Assembly: GCF_018977255.1 (NCBI RefSeq)
Contig: NW_024704742.1
Span: 15,564,001 to 15,628,000 of the forward strand
From: Callorhinchus milii
Lineage: Eukaryota
Length of the DNA: 64,000 nt
Direction: 5' to 3'
Part shown: piece after piece, positions 1-13,300 of the stretch
Position numbering within the stretch: the first letter of the stretch is position 1
How the letters are laid out: the number at the start of each line of letters is the position of its first letter
Position numbers and translations under genes: made by a program
The notes under the pieces: generated by a model
The model's input: the letters and a program-made list of their open reading frames with translations, nothing else
What the model was told of the DNA's origin: nothing
Database searches by the model: none

Positions 1-2859
1 CATGAAAATAACTAATCCAGTTTTCTCCCTGAAAGCAAGGGTGTAGTAGCCATTCACCGATGTATCACAGTTGAGGTGGAGAAAAGGGTAGCCCAGGAAC
101 AGAGAGGACGTTTGATTTACATGAACTCACAATGGGTAATAAGATTTGCAGGGAGTCAATAAATGGGATGACAAAACTTTCCAGACAGTGAGCCTAATGA
201 CTAGAGAGGTTATTTAGCTTCCTATGAATAGGATCAGTATATTTATAATTTAGGTGCTAGTTGACTTCAGTTGGTAGTAGTTTCATTTGTGAGTCAACAT
301 GTTGAGACTTTGAGATCATAGGCTGAAGGAATGCTGCATTTTGGAGGTGCTGCTCTTTGGATAAGTTGTTTAAACAAAGGTCCCGTTTGCCTGGTCAAGT
401 AGACATTAAAGATCTCAAGTCACTATTTGAAAGGGCCAAGGAGTTTCTTCCAATGCATTGGCCAACAATCCTTCTGATAAAATTGATCATTCGCATCATG
501 CTGGCTGTAGGACATTGCTGTGTGAAAATTGGCAGGCATATTTGCTTACACTTTACGGTAAATATCCTGCAAGATTCTTTGAGACGTTTCGACAATGTGA
601 TAAGTTGCTATATCAAAGGCAAGGATGATTGTTATCATTATTTTACAGTAGTTGCTTTTGTTTCCTTTAAATAGTTCCAGTGCATGTTGCAGGGCTGGAT
701 TAACCTTTTGTGGGCCTGGTGCCAAAAAGATTTGTGGAGCCCTATTTTCATTTGCTCTTTTTATATGTAGTGGATTCAGTGCTGGACTATGTCCCTGAGG
801 GCTAAGAATTGTGAGCTAAAATAAAAGAGCCGATTTGTGGGGGCTGCTTGACAGATAATCTCAGAGATACTTGGCCGCCAATTATGGGTGTTTGGAGAGA
901 GAGAAAAAAAAAACAAATGCAGTTTTGTAAGATGATTCAAAACTGGTATGCTATTTTTGGTAGCTCAGAAATGGTGCAATCTTGTAGAGTTTAAGTGTTG
1001 GGGGAATTTTCATGCAATGAACTTTATGCTCACTTTAGGTGATAGAATCCGGTGTAACTTATTTCATATTAGCACTAAAAGTCTAGGGCAATTATGCCAG
1101 ATTTTGCTTCATTTTTGTCAGCTGGGTGTCTGACACATGTGGAAACCCATCACCATGGTTAAGAGTTTCCGAATAAACAGAGTTTCATGCATCCCACCTA
1201 CACATGGAAATTCCAGAAATAGATTGTTGGAATGGAATGTGCTCTCTCCCTTCTTAGCTAATTCCCGGAAATTATAGGTGTCAATCGCTCAGCTGTCAAT
1301 CACAGGGATGTCAACAAAATTTCCTGATTTTCTGTACAGCCAATCTGCCATTGAATGGACCCCTTCCAAACATGGCCCTGGTGTCATTGTTAACCTACTA
1401 CAGCCAAGCAAGTACTATCAAGCATTTTGAGAAATCCTGGCGACATGAAAGGCGATATATGAACATAGCTTTGTGGTTCATGTTACAAACAAAAGTTTCC
1501 TTCCAGATCTGGCTAAGCTGATACAACTCTATGAACAATTGCATAAGTTTCTATGAAGCAATTGCTTAAGACATTGAACACGACAGAAATAGAACAGCTT
1601 TGCTGCATGGGGTCATCCTCCATATGCCGTAAAGTATCATGTTTATTTGTAGTGCAATCGGTAAAGGAAGTTAAAAAGGCAGCTGTAGCAGAGGAAACTT
1701 ATGGGGGTTATTTGAAATACAGCAAATGTGGGGGCATCCAACAGCACATCATGGGGGTGTTCAGCAATTTCCTGATTTCCTGTAATAATTCTTTATGATT
1801 AAGTTTTTTTAAAAAAAACTTATTTTATAAAACACCTAATTTTACACATCAAACCAATGCATCGGGAGAAACTCCTTTCCAAACACATCAACAATTTACA
1901 TTTACATAGTGCCTTTCACATCAAGAGGATGTCTCAAAGTGGTTTACACAAAGCTAGGCTAGCCACCTGGGGTGGGTAGGACGAGAGGCAGATGACCAAA
2001 AGCATGGATGAAAAGAAAGGTCTTAAGGTAGACAAACACAAGAGCAATTATTCTGCTCTATTCAGTCAATATAGCTAATTCATTATTATTGCTTTTGGCC
2101 TATTCTGTTCATCTCTAATATTAGCAAATATCTTTAAAATGATTGAAATGCAATTTTTTAAGTGATCATACCTTAAACCAGTGGTGATCAATCTTTTTGA
2201 TCAGCCAACAACATTTTTTTTGAATGAATATTTCTAGATTTATGCCATAAATAAATGGCAAGAAAAATTCAATCAAGAAAAAACTGAAGGCATACTACAG
2301 AGCAAATATGGACTTACTTAGACTTGTGCGAGTGTTGGGGGGTTGCTTCTTGATATCTCCCTGGGCTATTTCCACAGGTTGGCCACCACTGCTCTAAACA
2401 TAACTCTCACAGCTCTCCTGACCAGAATCCTTCATGACACCTGTGGTCATGTTCATGATTTCAGCTCCATGGTTAGAATGTGATTTGTAGTGGAATGGGT
2501 TGTGGTTTCAAGCTCCACATAGAAATGAACATGACAATAGAGATCAAAGCCTGAGATGATAATCCAATGCAGTAATGGAGGAGTGCAGTATTGGGGAGCT
2601 CTGGATTGTTGGACATGCTACCCTTTGGATGAGAGGTCCTGTCTGCCCTGGTGGATGATAAAAATCCTGTGACTATATTTCAAAGAGAAGTGAGTTTCAT
2701 CTGTAAAGATGGTTGATCTACAATTACGATTTGCTAAGTATTATTGGTGGTCCAGTTCGTTAACATACAGTTCTGCATTTTGATGTTGATGCAAATACCA
2801 ATATTACAGTCATAAAGCTGTTCAAATATCAGAATAGGTTACTGACATAGCAATCTTAA

Positions 2860-3290
2860 CCTACCATCTTCATCCTCACCTGTGGCCTTGCTCCCTCCTA
2901 CCTCTCCGACCTACTATCCCCCTACTTACCTGCCCGTACCCTCCATTCCTCTGGCTCCGGTCTGCTCCACATCCCCCGCCTCAACCACCCTACCATCGGT
3001 GGCCGGGCCTTCAGCCTCTCAGCCCCTAGGCTCTGGAACTCTATCTCCCAGTGCCTTGGCCTTGTCTCCTCCCTTTCCTCCTTCAAGGTCGGTCTCAAGA
3101 CCATTCTCTTCAACCGTGCATTCAGCTCCCCTCTCGACTCTCTACCCCTCCTCGCTCCCTCCCTTCCCTCCCCTCGCCCTGACCATTTCCCCCCTGCTCG
3201 GGTCCCAACCGAATTGTCCAACGCCTTGGGATGTCCTCAAGACGTGAAAGGTGCTCTATAAATGACACCTTGTTGTTGTTGTTGTTGTTT
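2860..3290 (+). mobile_element. L2 3' fragment
   Basis: GGRAFS..LWNS-like coding end; tail gccttgggatgtcctcaagacgtgaaaggtgctctataaatg..(TTG)n. Confidence 0.85.
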
Positions 3291-3869
3291 AAGGGACTTC
3301 GCTGTGAGCAAAATGCCCAGCGCAATGGCCTACATTTGATTCTTTTTAAGATCTTTGGAAAGTGTCTTCCAATTTAAGAATAAATTGAAGAATTTTCCAC
3401 AATTCTGCATAATCATAATTTTTAAGACAAAATGGTCTTATATGTTGAAATGGAATTTCACATCTTGGGAAAGTAAACTTTTATCCTTATAGACTGGGCT
3501 GCATTTGAAAATATTTGGTCAGGAAACAGTTATCTGAAAATAAATGTCCATATAACTTCATTTCTTCTCAACATAGCAAAATTGGAGATATGCCCATTTC
3601 AAAATTACATTTATTTGTTTATAATTATGTTGTCTACATTGTAAATATACTGTTACAGCTGTGCAGAATAACTGGTCTGTTCTGCTTCCTGTCTTGTTTA
3701 AGCTATTCATAAACTACATGGAAGAGGGGAATTCCAGTAAAATTACATTTGCTGAGGTGTCAAAGCTGTGTGGTCAAGTGGTGTTTGAAAGATGTGGACT
3801 GAATGATAAAATGATCTAAAGAATACAACATAGATTTCATTACTGATAAATATAAAGTAATGCACATAA

Positions 3870-4100
3870 TACATTCAGTGAATGAGTAGTAAACTTACGG
3901 AACAGGCTCCCTCGGGAGACAGTGGAAGCAGTAAATGTTGCTTGTTTCAAGACCAAATTAGATAGATTTCTGCTAGAAAATATTATCTTGGGATAGAGTA
4001 TAGAGTTTGGGACACGATATGCCAAGTGACTGCCAGGATGGTGGAAGGCGAACTAGATGGCCCTTGATCTTCTTTCAGCTGGCAAATTCTTATGTTCTTA
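3870..4100 (+). mobile_element. CR1 3' fragment
   Basis: NRLPRETVEA..FKTKLDRFL-like coding end and a ttcttatgttcttat tail. Confidence 0.75.
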
Positions 4101-4117
4101 TAAAAAAATGAGTATCA

Positions 4118-4470
4118 AACTGACTCAGTTGGTAGCATTCTCTCCTGATTCAAAAGGTTGTGGATTTAAGCACCAAGTTGGAACTTTTGAATATTTTGAG
4201 TTGACACTGCAGTGCAGTGCTGGGGGAGTGCTGCATTGCATAGATGCCGTCCCTCGGATGAGTCATTAAATTGCAGTCTTGTTTACATGTTCGGGTGGAT
4301 ATTGAAGATCCCATGTTACAACTGAAAAAGAGCAGGAAGTTCGGTGTCCAGACCAACAATCCCTCAGATGAAATTGGTCATTCAATTCATGGTTGTTTGT
4401 GGGATATTGCTGTGCACAAAATTGGCTGCTGCATTTGCTTACAAATAAACATTCGCTGCACTTTAAAGTA
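4118..4470 (+). mobile_element. Older Deu-domain-like SINE; relatives at about 250-640(+), 2470-2700(+), 4960-5150(-), 15060-15545(-) and 46420-46870(+)
   Basis: tRNA-like head ctcagttggtagca followed by ggagtgctgcattg..ggatgag..ttaaa..ggtgga..aagatcccatg..gaagagcagg, resembling the remembered SacSINE1/AmnSINE Deu core. Confidence 0.75.
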
Positions 4471-5749
4471 CAGTCGAGGTCACATAATGTTAAGTCACTT
4501 AATGTTATAGTCTGCATAATGTTATACTGTTGGCATTGTATGTTTTGTACACATTTGAGTTTATGCATTGTTATAGCCGTATAAATGTTATAATTGTCTA
4601 ATGTTATGCTAACCTGTGGTCCCGATTAACAAAAGGCCAAAATATGTTATACCCAGGGGTGTGGCCCTAATGCAGTGGTCCAGAGTATTGCTCTGGCACC
4701 TGAATCCAGAACAAAGAGACAGGTGGATGGTCCATTGAAAGTGTGGAATGGCTTGATGGCCCAATGTGAAGAGTCCATTAATTACAGTACTGTATTTTAA
4801 TGCCCACAGCAGTTGTTATTTTAGTGATTTAATTTGAAAGATAAATCAAACAAAATAACCGATTACGGTTATTGAATGTTTTTCTTACCCTTGAAATCTT
4901 GCGAATGTAATCGGAACAGTCTGGAAGTGTTTGTAAATGTTTATAAGGAAAGTTTCCTTATTGTTTGAGATATTCTTCTTCTCAAACATTTGCTGTAGTG
5001 ATTATATTTGTATGCAAAAGTAGCAGCCAATTGTTTGCACAGCACTATCCCACAAACAGCCATGAAATGAATAACCAATTTTATTTGGTGGATTGTTATC
5101 TAGATTACTGGGAGAAAAAAATCCCTTCTCTTTTCAATTGTGTCTTAGGATTTTTAACCAAAATCTTATCTGCTTATTCAACTGGATTTTAAAGGTTATT
5201 TACCCTGACTAAACAACAACTTGTATTTATATAGCGCCCTTCGCACGGTGTAGTGTCCCAGAGCAGTTAACAGTGGCGGAGTCTGACCCAAAAGCCCCAT
5301 TATGTGCAGGACAATGAGTTTGGCTAGTGGAAGTGGATTCACGGGACAATTGGCTGAGAAGAGACAGAGAGAGCCCTGGTCGCAGGTGGACAGAATGTCA
5401 TTTGTCACTTTAATTAGTATGACTGTATCGTGTTCATTTCTCGCTCAGTCTGTGGATGGCCAGTGGTTAATCAATCTTAAACAGTCACTTTCGTTTTCTA
5501 TAGTCTGTGGTATATGGCCCAGCTGTGGTAAATTAAGGCAATCTATTGTGGTAAATAGGGGCACTGAAGAAAGTTCCAGTAAAATGTTTATATCAGGCTA
5601 TGGTTTTATATTGCAGGGGAAAGTCCTAAAGTGTCTTTCACAACATAGCATCATATTTATAAAGCTTTCGGGTTTCCACTCAGCAAAGATTAGAATATTG
5701 GTTGCATTCCATGCTTCACCCTTTGAGGGGTGCATAACTATTTCTGCTC

Positions 5750-6623
5750 AGTTGAATCCCCCTCCCTGTTACCCACCCCACGTTCATCTCCTATCGCTCC
5801 TGGAGAAAAATCCCCTTCCACGCCCTCTCTGCTGCCCTGTAGGCATTTGAACTCCCACCCCTCTGGTCCTCCTCCTGCAATGACCTACCCTCCTTGATCA
5901 CCCTCCTAAACAACTCCCTCTTGGCCATCCTCGACATGCTTGCCCCCGTCATCTCCCGCACTGCCTCCCACTCGCACAAAGCCCCGTGGTACACCAGCCA
6001 CCTCCGCTCCCTCAAATCTCAGCTACACTTCGCCAAATGCCAAATGGAGCAAAAACAGATTAATGGTTTATGTCAGATCTGGCAAGATTGCACCAAAATC
6101 GACTGCCCCGCTCTCGCCTCAGCTAAGTCATCCTTTTATTCCAAAATCATCTTGGAAGCTAAGGACAACCTCAGACTCCTCTTTTCTATCATAAACCAAC
6201 TCCTCCATCCGCCCTGCCATCCTCTCCTCCAACACCAAATGCAAGGAGATGATGGATTTCCTAGAGTCCAAAGTCGAGAGGATCTGCTCTGCTGCCTCTA
6301 GCTCCTCTACTGGCACTTCATCCCCAACTCCTGCTCAACTTCCAGCTCCCCCTCCCATCGCTCCCTCCACACTTTGACCCTGTCTCCCCCTCTTTGCTCA
6401 CCTCCATCACTTCATGCATGAAACCCATCACCTGCTCCTTTGACCCCATCCTTACCCCTCTCCTCACCTCCCAGATCCACCTGCTCTCCTCTCCTAGGAT
6501 TCCCTCCATGAATTCCTCCAATCTGGGTTTCATGCTGCTCACAGCACAGAGACAGCTCTAATTAAAGTGACAAATGGCATTCTGTCCACCTGGGACCAAG
6601 GCTCTCTCTGCCTCTTCATCCTT
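5750..6623 (+). mobile_element. L2 LINE fragment, left half of a host split by CR1
   Basis: C-rich decayed ORF2 (APWYT..., HSTETALIKVT-like segment) ending at ...ttcatcctt just before the CR1 tail. Confidence 0.85.
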
Positions 6624-8534
6624 ACATAGGAACATAGGAATTAGAAGCAAGAGTAGGCCATTCGGCGACTCAAGCCTGCCCCGCCATACAATAAGATCAT
6701 GGCCTATCTTCTAACCTAACTCCATCTGCCCGCCTTATTCCCATATCACATCTATGCTTTAGAAATCTCTCAATCTGAGTCCTGAATATGTTCAAGGACT
6801 GAACATCTACAGCCTTCTGGGGTATAGAATTCCACAAATTCACTACCCTCTGAGTGAAGAAGTGTTTCCTCAACTCTGTTCGAAAAGGCTGACTCTTAAT
6901 CTTAAGACTGTGACCTCTAGTTATAGATTCTCCTACCAGGGGAAACAGTCTCACAATGTCTACTCTGTCAAACCCCATAATAATCTTATATGTTTCTATA
7001 CGATCACCCCTAATTCTTCTATATTCTAGAGAATATAGGCCTTGTTTACTCAACCTATCCTCATAGGTCAACACCATCATCCCAGGAACCAACCTAGTGA
7101 ATCTACGCTGCAGCCCCTCTAAGGCGAGTATGTCCTTTCTTAAATAAGGAGACCAAAACTGCACACAATATTCTAGGTACGGTCTCACCAAAGCCCTATA
7201 CAGTTGCAGCAAGACTTCTCTACTCTTGTATTCTAACCCTTTTGCAATAAACGCTAACATGCCATTAGGCTTCCTAGTTGCTTGCTGTACCTGCATACTA
7301 ACTTTTTGTGTCTGGTGTACAAGGACACCCAAATCCCTCTGAACACTAATACTGCCTAGTCTCTCCCCCGCTAGAAAATAATCTGCTTTTCTGATTTTAC
7401 TACCTAGGTGAATAACTTCACACTTCCCCACGTTATACTCCATCTGCCACCTTCTTGTCCACTTACCTAGCCTATCTATGTTCCTTTGCAATATTTTTGT
7501 GTCATCCTCAGAGCTTACGCTCCCACCTAGCTTAGTACCATCTGCGAATTTAGATATTTTAAGTTCTATGTCCTCGTCTAGATCATTGATATAGATTGTA
7601 AATAGTTGAGGCCCAAGTACTGATCCTTGTGGCACTCCACTGTTCACATCTTGCCAATCTGAGAAGGACCCATTTATCCCTACTCTCTGCTTTCTTCCCA
7701 TTAGCCACTCTTTGATCCATGCTAATATATCGCCTTTAATTCCATGGGCCCTAACCTCATATAGCAGGCTTTTATGTGGCACCTTGTTGAATACCTTCTG
7801 AAAATCTAGATACACTACATCTATTAGTTCCCCCCCTATCTAACCTGCTAGTTGACATTCTCAAAGAACTCTAAAAGATTTGTTAAAGCATGACTTCCCT
7901 TTTGTAAAGCCATGTTGACTCTGCCTAATCATGTTATGGTCTTCTAAGTACCCCACTACAATGTCCCTAATTAAGGATTCTAGATTTTTCCCTATCACTG
8001 ATGTCAGACTGACTGGTCTATAGTTCCCCATCTTCTCTCTCCCACCTTTCTTAAATAGTGGTGTTACGTTTACGATCCTCCAATCAATGGAAACAATTCC
8101 AGAATCCAGAGAATTTGGAAAGATCAAAAACAAGGCATCCACTGTCTCAGCCCCCACCTCTTTTAAAATCCTAGGCCATCAGGTCCTGGGGATTTGTCAT
8201 TTTTCAATCCCAACAGTTTCCCTAGTACTAATTCTTTACTGATGTTAATTTCCCTAAGTTGCTCACTAACATTAGCTTCTTGGTTCTCCCCTATTTTTGA
8301 TAAGTTTTCAGTATCTGCTAATGTGAAGACAGAAGCAAAATATTTGTTTAATGACTCTGCCATATCTTTATCCCCCATTATAATTCCTCCTGTCTCTGCC
8401 TGTAATGGACCCACATTCACTTTGATCGTCTCTTCCTCTTTATGTATTTGTAAAAACTCTTGCAGTCTGTCTTTACGTTCATAGCTAGTTTGCCCTCATA
8501 ATCCATTTTCTCCCTCCTAATCAGTTTCTTGACC
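6624..8534 (-). mobile_element. CR1 LINE, 5'-truncated, decayed ORF2 (RT)
   Basis: ORFs 6697-7815, 7861-8157 and 8163-8420 carry [31 protein letters not shown] and KSPGPDG; (CCTATGTT)-type 3' tail at 6624-6640. Confidence 0.95.
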
Positions 8535-9365
8535 TCTTGGCCGATTTCGATACTGCTTACCATTCTATTCTTCTCCACCACCTCTCCTCTCACCTCCACC
8601 TCAATGTTCTGTTCTTGCCTGGTTACAATCCTACCTTTCCCACCATCTGCAGTTCTTGGCCAACAACAGTTTCTCCTCTAGCCATTATCATCTGTGGCAT
8701 CTCTTAGGACTCTGTCCTCGGTCTCTCATCGTAGGCCACCGAGATCCTGATCCACACTTTCATTGTGTCCCAGCTTGACTACGCCAAATGCCTGCTCACT
8801 GGACTTCCCAACTCTTCCCTCCAGAAGCTGCAGATTATTCAGAACTCTGCAGCTTGTGTCCTCTCCCGCACTAGGCTCCGGGAACCTATAACCCCCGTTC
8901 TTGCCCAGTTTCACTGGCTCCCCGTTCTTCAGAGAATCAAGTACAAACCCCTCATTCTTACCTTCAAGGCCCTCCACAGTCTTGCTCCCCCATTCCTCTC
9001 TGATCTCATGACCCCATATCAGCCTGTCGGAATCCCTCCACTTGGTGGACACCAGTCTGCTTCAGGTAACCCATACTTCCTGCCCCACCATTGGCGGTCG
9101 GGCATTCAGCATCTCTGCCCCCACACTCTGCAATTCTATACCGCGATCCCTCCGACACACCCCCTCTCTTGCCTCCTTCAAGCCCTATTTGAAGACCTTC
9201 CTCTTTGATCGTGCTTTCAGTCAGCCTCTCACGTCCACCTCCCTGACCTCCTCCTCTTCTGATCCCCAACTATCAGCTGGGATCCGAAACCCTTGAGTAT
9301 CCAGCACCCTGCGACATCTTTCCGATGTGAAGGGTGCTATACAAGTGTAATTTGTTGTTCTTGTT
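8528..9365 (+). mobile_element. L2 LINE fragment, right half with 3' end
   Basis: Resumes with an LDLxxxFDT-like motif, then [24 protein letters not shown]; ends in the L2 tail gatgtgaagggtgctatacaagt..ttgttg. Confidence 0.88.
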
Positions 9366-9464
9366 AACCTTGCAAGCTAAAGCCTGAACAGGTAGGGTGA
9401 TCTTAGCTGAACAAGCAGCAGGAAGCTTGCCAGACTGTGCTTTCAATAACAAGTCATAAATGAT

Positions 9465-10380
9465 TGCAACAGCAACAGACAAAATTGCATTTATTTAGCG
9501 CCTTTCAGGTCGGGAGAACATCCCAAGGTGCTGGAGAGTCAAGGGTTTGCACCCGAGCTCCAGGCTGGAGTAAAGAGGGGAGGAGGGCAAAGTGGGTGGT
9601 AGTGGGATGATCGCCAAAGGTGCGTTTGAAGAGGAGGGTCTAGAGATGGACCTTGAAGGATGCAAGGGAGGGGGTAAGGCGGAGGTGCTCCAGGATGAAG
9701 TGGTGGAGCGGAGGGCATGAGGGACAAACAGGGGTTCAGAGCCAGCCAAGCAGAGGCAGCAGGTGCTGGAGTGGGGGTTAAGCAGGTTGTATAGGTAGAG
9801 AGATTTAAGCGCATGAAGGGATTTGAAAATGAGTGAGAGGATCTTGAAATCAATCCATTCTGTGATTGAGAGCCAGTGGAGCCTGGCTAGGACTGATGTG
9901 ATGGGAGTATGGAGTTTCGTGCAAGTTAGTATCCAGGTGGCGGAGTTTTGAATTAATTGGATTTGGTGTATGGTGAGCTGGGGAGGGCAATAGAATAGTC
10001 CAGCCAGGAAGTGATGAAGGCGTGGACGAGGGTTTCAACTGCATCGGTTATGTGGCAGGCAATGTGGCGGAGGTGGAAAAAAGTGGTCCTGGTCAGGGAA
10101 CAGATGTGGGGTAGAAAGGAAAACTGGGGATCGAACCTGACGCCTAAGTTGCGCATGGGTTAGGAGAGTCTGTGGGAGAGCCCGGGGAGGTTGAGGAGTT
10201 CAGACCCACAGGAGAGATGATGGGAGCCAAAGAGTATGGCTTCCGTCTTGCCAACATTCAGCTGCAGGATATTTGCACTCATCCAGCCAGTTGTGTCCGT
10301 TAGACAAGCTGAAAGGACACCAGCAGATTGGGAGTCACAGCTGGATAAGGAGAAGTAGATTTGGGTGTCATCTGCATATT
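9465..10380 (-). mobile_element. L2 LINE, 3' part of a second split host
   Basis: Minus strand reads YADDTQIY at about 10355-10378, then RNLGVRFD and HAFITSWLDY; L2 tail at about 9470-9535. Confidence 0.88.
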
Positions 10381-13300
10381 TTTTTTCATAGATTCATAGA
10401 ATGTTACGGCACAGAAGGAGGCCATTCGGCCCATCGAGTCTGTGCCGGCTCTTTGACAGAGCAAGTCACTTTCACTAACCCCAATCACCAGCTTTCTCCA
10501 CATAACCCTGCAAACCCGTCTTCCCCAGATACCTATCCAGTTCTCTGTTAAAAGCTGTTATCGAATCGGACTTCACTACCCTTTCAGGCAGATCATTCCA
10601 AATTCGAACAACTCGCTGAGTGAAAACATTACTTCTAACCTCCCCTTTGCTTCTTTTGGTAGATATCTTAAGACTGTGACCATGGGTCACAGACACACCT
10701 ACCAGCAGAAACAGCTTTTCCCTATCTCGCCTGTCAAAACCTTTCATGATCTTGAAGACCTCTATTAGGTTACCGCTTAACCTTCTCTGCTCTAATGGGA
10801 AAAGTCCTAACTTCTCCAGCCTGTCCTCATAGCTAATATTCCCCATTCCTGGTATCATTCTCGGCAATCTCCTTTGCACCCTTTCCAGTGGCTTAATGTC
10901 CTTCCTGAAGTAAGGTGCCCAGAACTGGACGCAGTACTTCAGCTGAGGCCTAACCAGTGTTCTGTATAGATTAACCATAACCTCCCTACTCTTATACTCT
11001 ATGCCCCTACTAATAAAGCTCAGTACACCAAATGCCTTTTTTACTGCCTTATCCACCTGCCCCGCTACCTTTAATGGTTCGCTTACTTGAACACCCAGAT
11101 CTCTCTGTATGTTCACCCCCCTTAAGATTGAGCTACCAAGTCTATATTGCCTCCTATCATTCTTCCTACCGAAGTGTATCACCTCACAATTATCCACGTT
11201 CAAATCCATCTGCCACATGTCAGCCCATTCCACTATTCTGTGTATGTCTGCTTGCAGTTGGTTACAGTCCTCCTCACCATTTACTACCCTACCCAACTTT
11301 GTATCATCTGCAAACTTGGAAATAGTGCTTTCTATGCCCAAGTCCAGATCATTAATATATATTAGAAAGAGCAGTGGTCCCAATACCGATCCCTGGGGGA
11401 CACCGTTGCACACCTCCTTCCATTTCGAGAAACACCCATTAACCACCACCCTCTGCTTTTTGTCAATCAGCCAGTTCTTAATCCAAACTGCCACTGTCCC
11501 CTTAATACTGTGGGCCTCTAATTTTTGTATTAATCTCTTATGCGGTACTGTGTCAAAAGCCTTTTTGAAATCCATGTAAATAACGTCCACCGCATTTCCC
11601 TCATCAACCCTCGCAGTCACCTCTTCAAAAAATTCTATTAGATTTGTTAAGGCAAGATTTGCCTTTAACAAATCCATGTTGACTGTTTCTAATTACCTCG
11701 TGTTCCTCTAAGTAGAGATTTATTCTGTCCCGGATTATGGTCTCCAATAGTTTTCCTATTACTGAAGTTAGGTTGACTGGCCTGTAATTTCCGGGTTTGT
11801 CTTTCTGCCTCTTTTTGTAGAGGGGGTTAACATTAGCCACTCTCCAGTCAATTGGCACACTCCTGTGTCCAATGACGATTGAAATATAATGGCCAAAGCC
11901 TCCACTATTTGAACCCGTATCTCCCACAGCAACCTTGGGTGAAACCCATCTAGTCCTGGTGACTTATCAATTTTGAGCCCAGTCAATCTTTTCAGAACTT
12001 CCTCTCTGTCTATAGTAATCTGATCTATTTCCTCTGCCCACTCATCCAATACTGCGGCATTTGGGGCATCCATTTCCGTTGTAAAGACAGATGCAAAGTA
12101 CTCGTTCAGTACATCAGCCGTGCCCTCTGCCTCCACAACAAGATTGCCGTCATTGTCTTTGATTGGCCCCACCCTACCTTTAAGTAACCTTTTTTCGTTG
12201 ATGTGCTTGTAAAATGTTTTAGGATTCCCCTTTATGTTACCCGCTAACCTCTTCTCATGCGATCTTTTAGCCTGTCTTATCACTCTTTTAAGATCACTCT
12301 GGCATTCTCAGTGTCTTGCTTTGCTATCCTCAGTGTCTTGCATCTTCCAATTGTCGTACGTCGTCTTCTTCTTTTTCATCCTAGACAGAATATCCCTGGT
12401 CATCCAGGCTGGCTTGGTTATCGCACATTTCCCTTTTGTGGGAATATATCTATTTAGACTTTGAGCTATCATATCTTTGAAGATCTCCCATTGCTCATGA
12501 GTCGTTTTACCTGCTAATCTTACTTGCCAGTCCACCAACTCTAGGTCCCTTTTTAGCCCATCAAAATTAGCCCTTTTCCAGTCAAGCATTTTCACCCTTG
12601 ACTGTACTTTGTCCTTGTTCATGAGTAATCTAAATCTAGTAATATTATGGTCACTATTACCTAGATGCTCCCCTACCGAAACCTATTCAACCTGACCTAT
12701 TTCATTCCCCAGAACTAGATCCAGCAATGCTTCCTTCCTCGTAGGACTGGAGACATACTGCTCAAGAAAATTTTCCTGTACACAGTCTATGAATCTTTCT
12801 CCTGCCTTGCCCTTAGTGCTGCTATTTTGCCAGTCTAGACTGGGATAATTGAAATCCCCCATTATCACAACTCTGTTCGCCTTACATCTATCTGCGATCT
12901 GGTTGCAGATCTGCTCCTCTATCTCCTTCCCGCTGTCTGGTGGTCTATAGTAAACACCTATCAATGTAACCACTCCTTTCTTATTTCATATCTCTAACCA
13001 GATGGATTCTATTGTGGGGCCCTCCAGAGCCTCGTTCCTTTCTACAGCTATAATTGTATCCTTAACTAATATTGCCACCCCTCCTCCTTTTCTTCCTTCT
13101 CTATCCTTCCTGAAAACATTATGTCCTGGAATATTTAACTCCCATTCCTGTCCTGGTTTGAGCCATGTCGCAGTTACTACCACCACATCATAACCCCCTA
13201 CGGCCAGTTAAACCTGCAGCTCATCAACCTTATTCCCTAAGCTACGTGCATTTAGGTACATGCATTTGAGGAAATTGTCCGCTTGTACCTGCTCTACACT

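Noticed and set aside
690..745. CAGGGCTGGATTAACC, resembling a hAT MITE end
   Set aside because: No matching opposite terminus or TSD was found.
5302..5850. 182-aa ORF and the many other 60-170 aa ORFs in the track
   Set aside because: No recognisable domain or splice-consistent structure; most overlap SINE or LINE sequence (e.g. the recurring [10 protein letters not shown] from SINE tails).
6697..11677. 372-aa and 400-aa reverse transcriptase ORFs as host genes, retrons or active elements
   Set aside because: They are pieces of CR1 ORF2 with upstream frameshifts, and the first has FADG instead of FADD.
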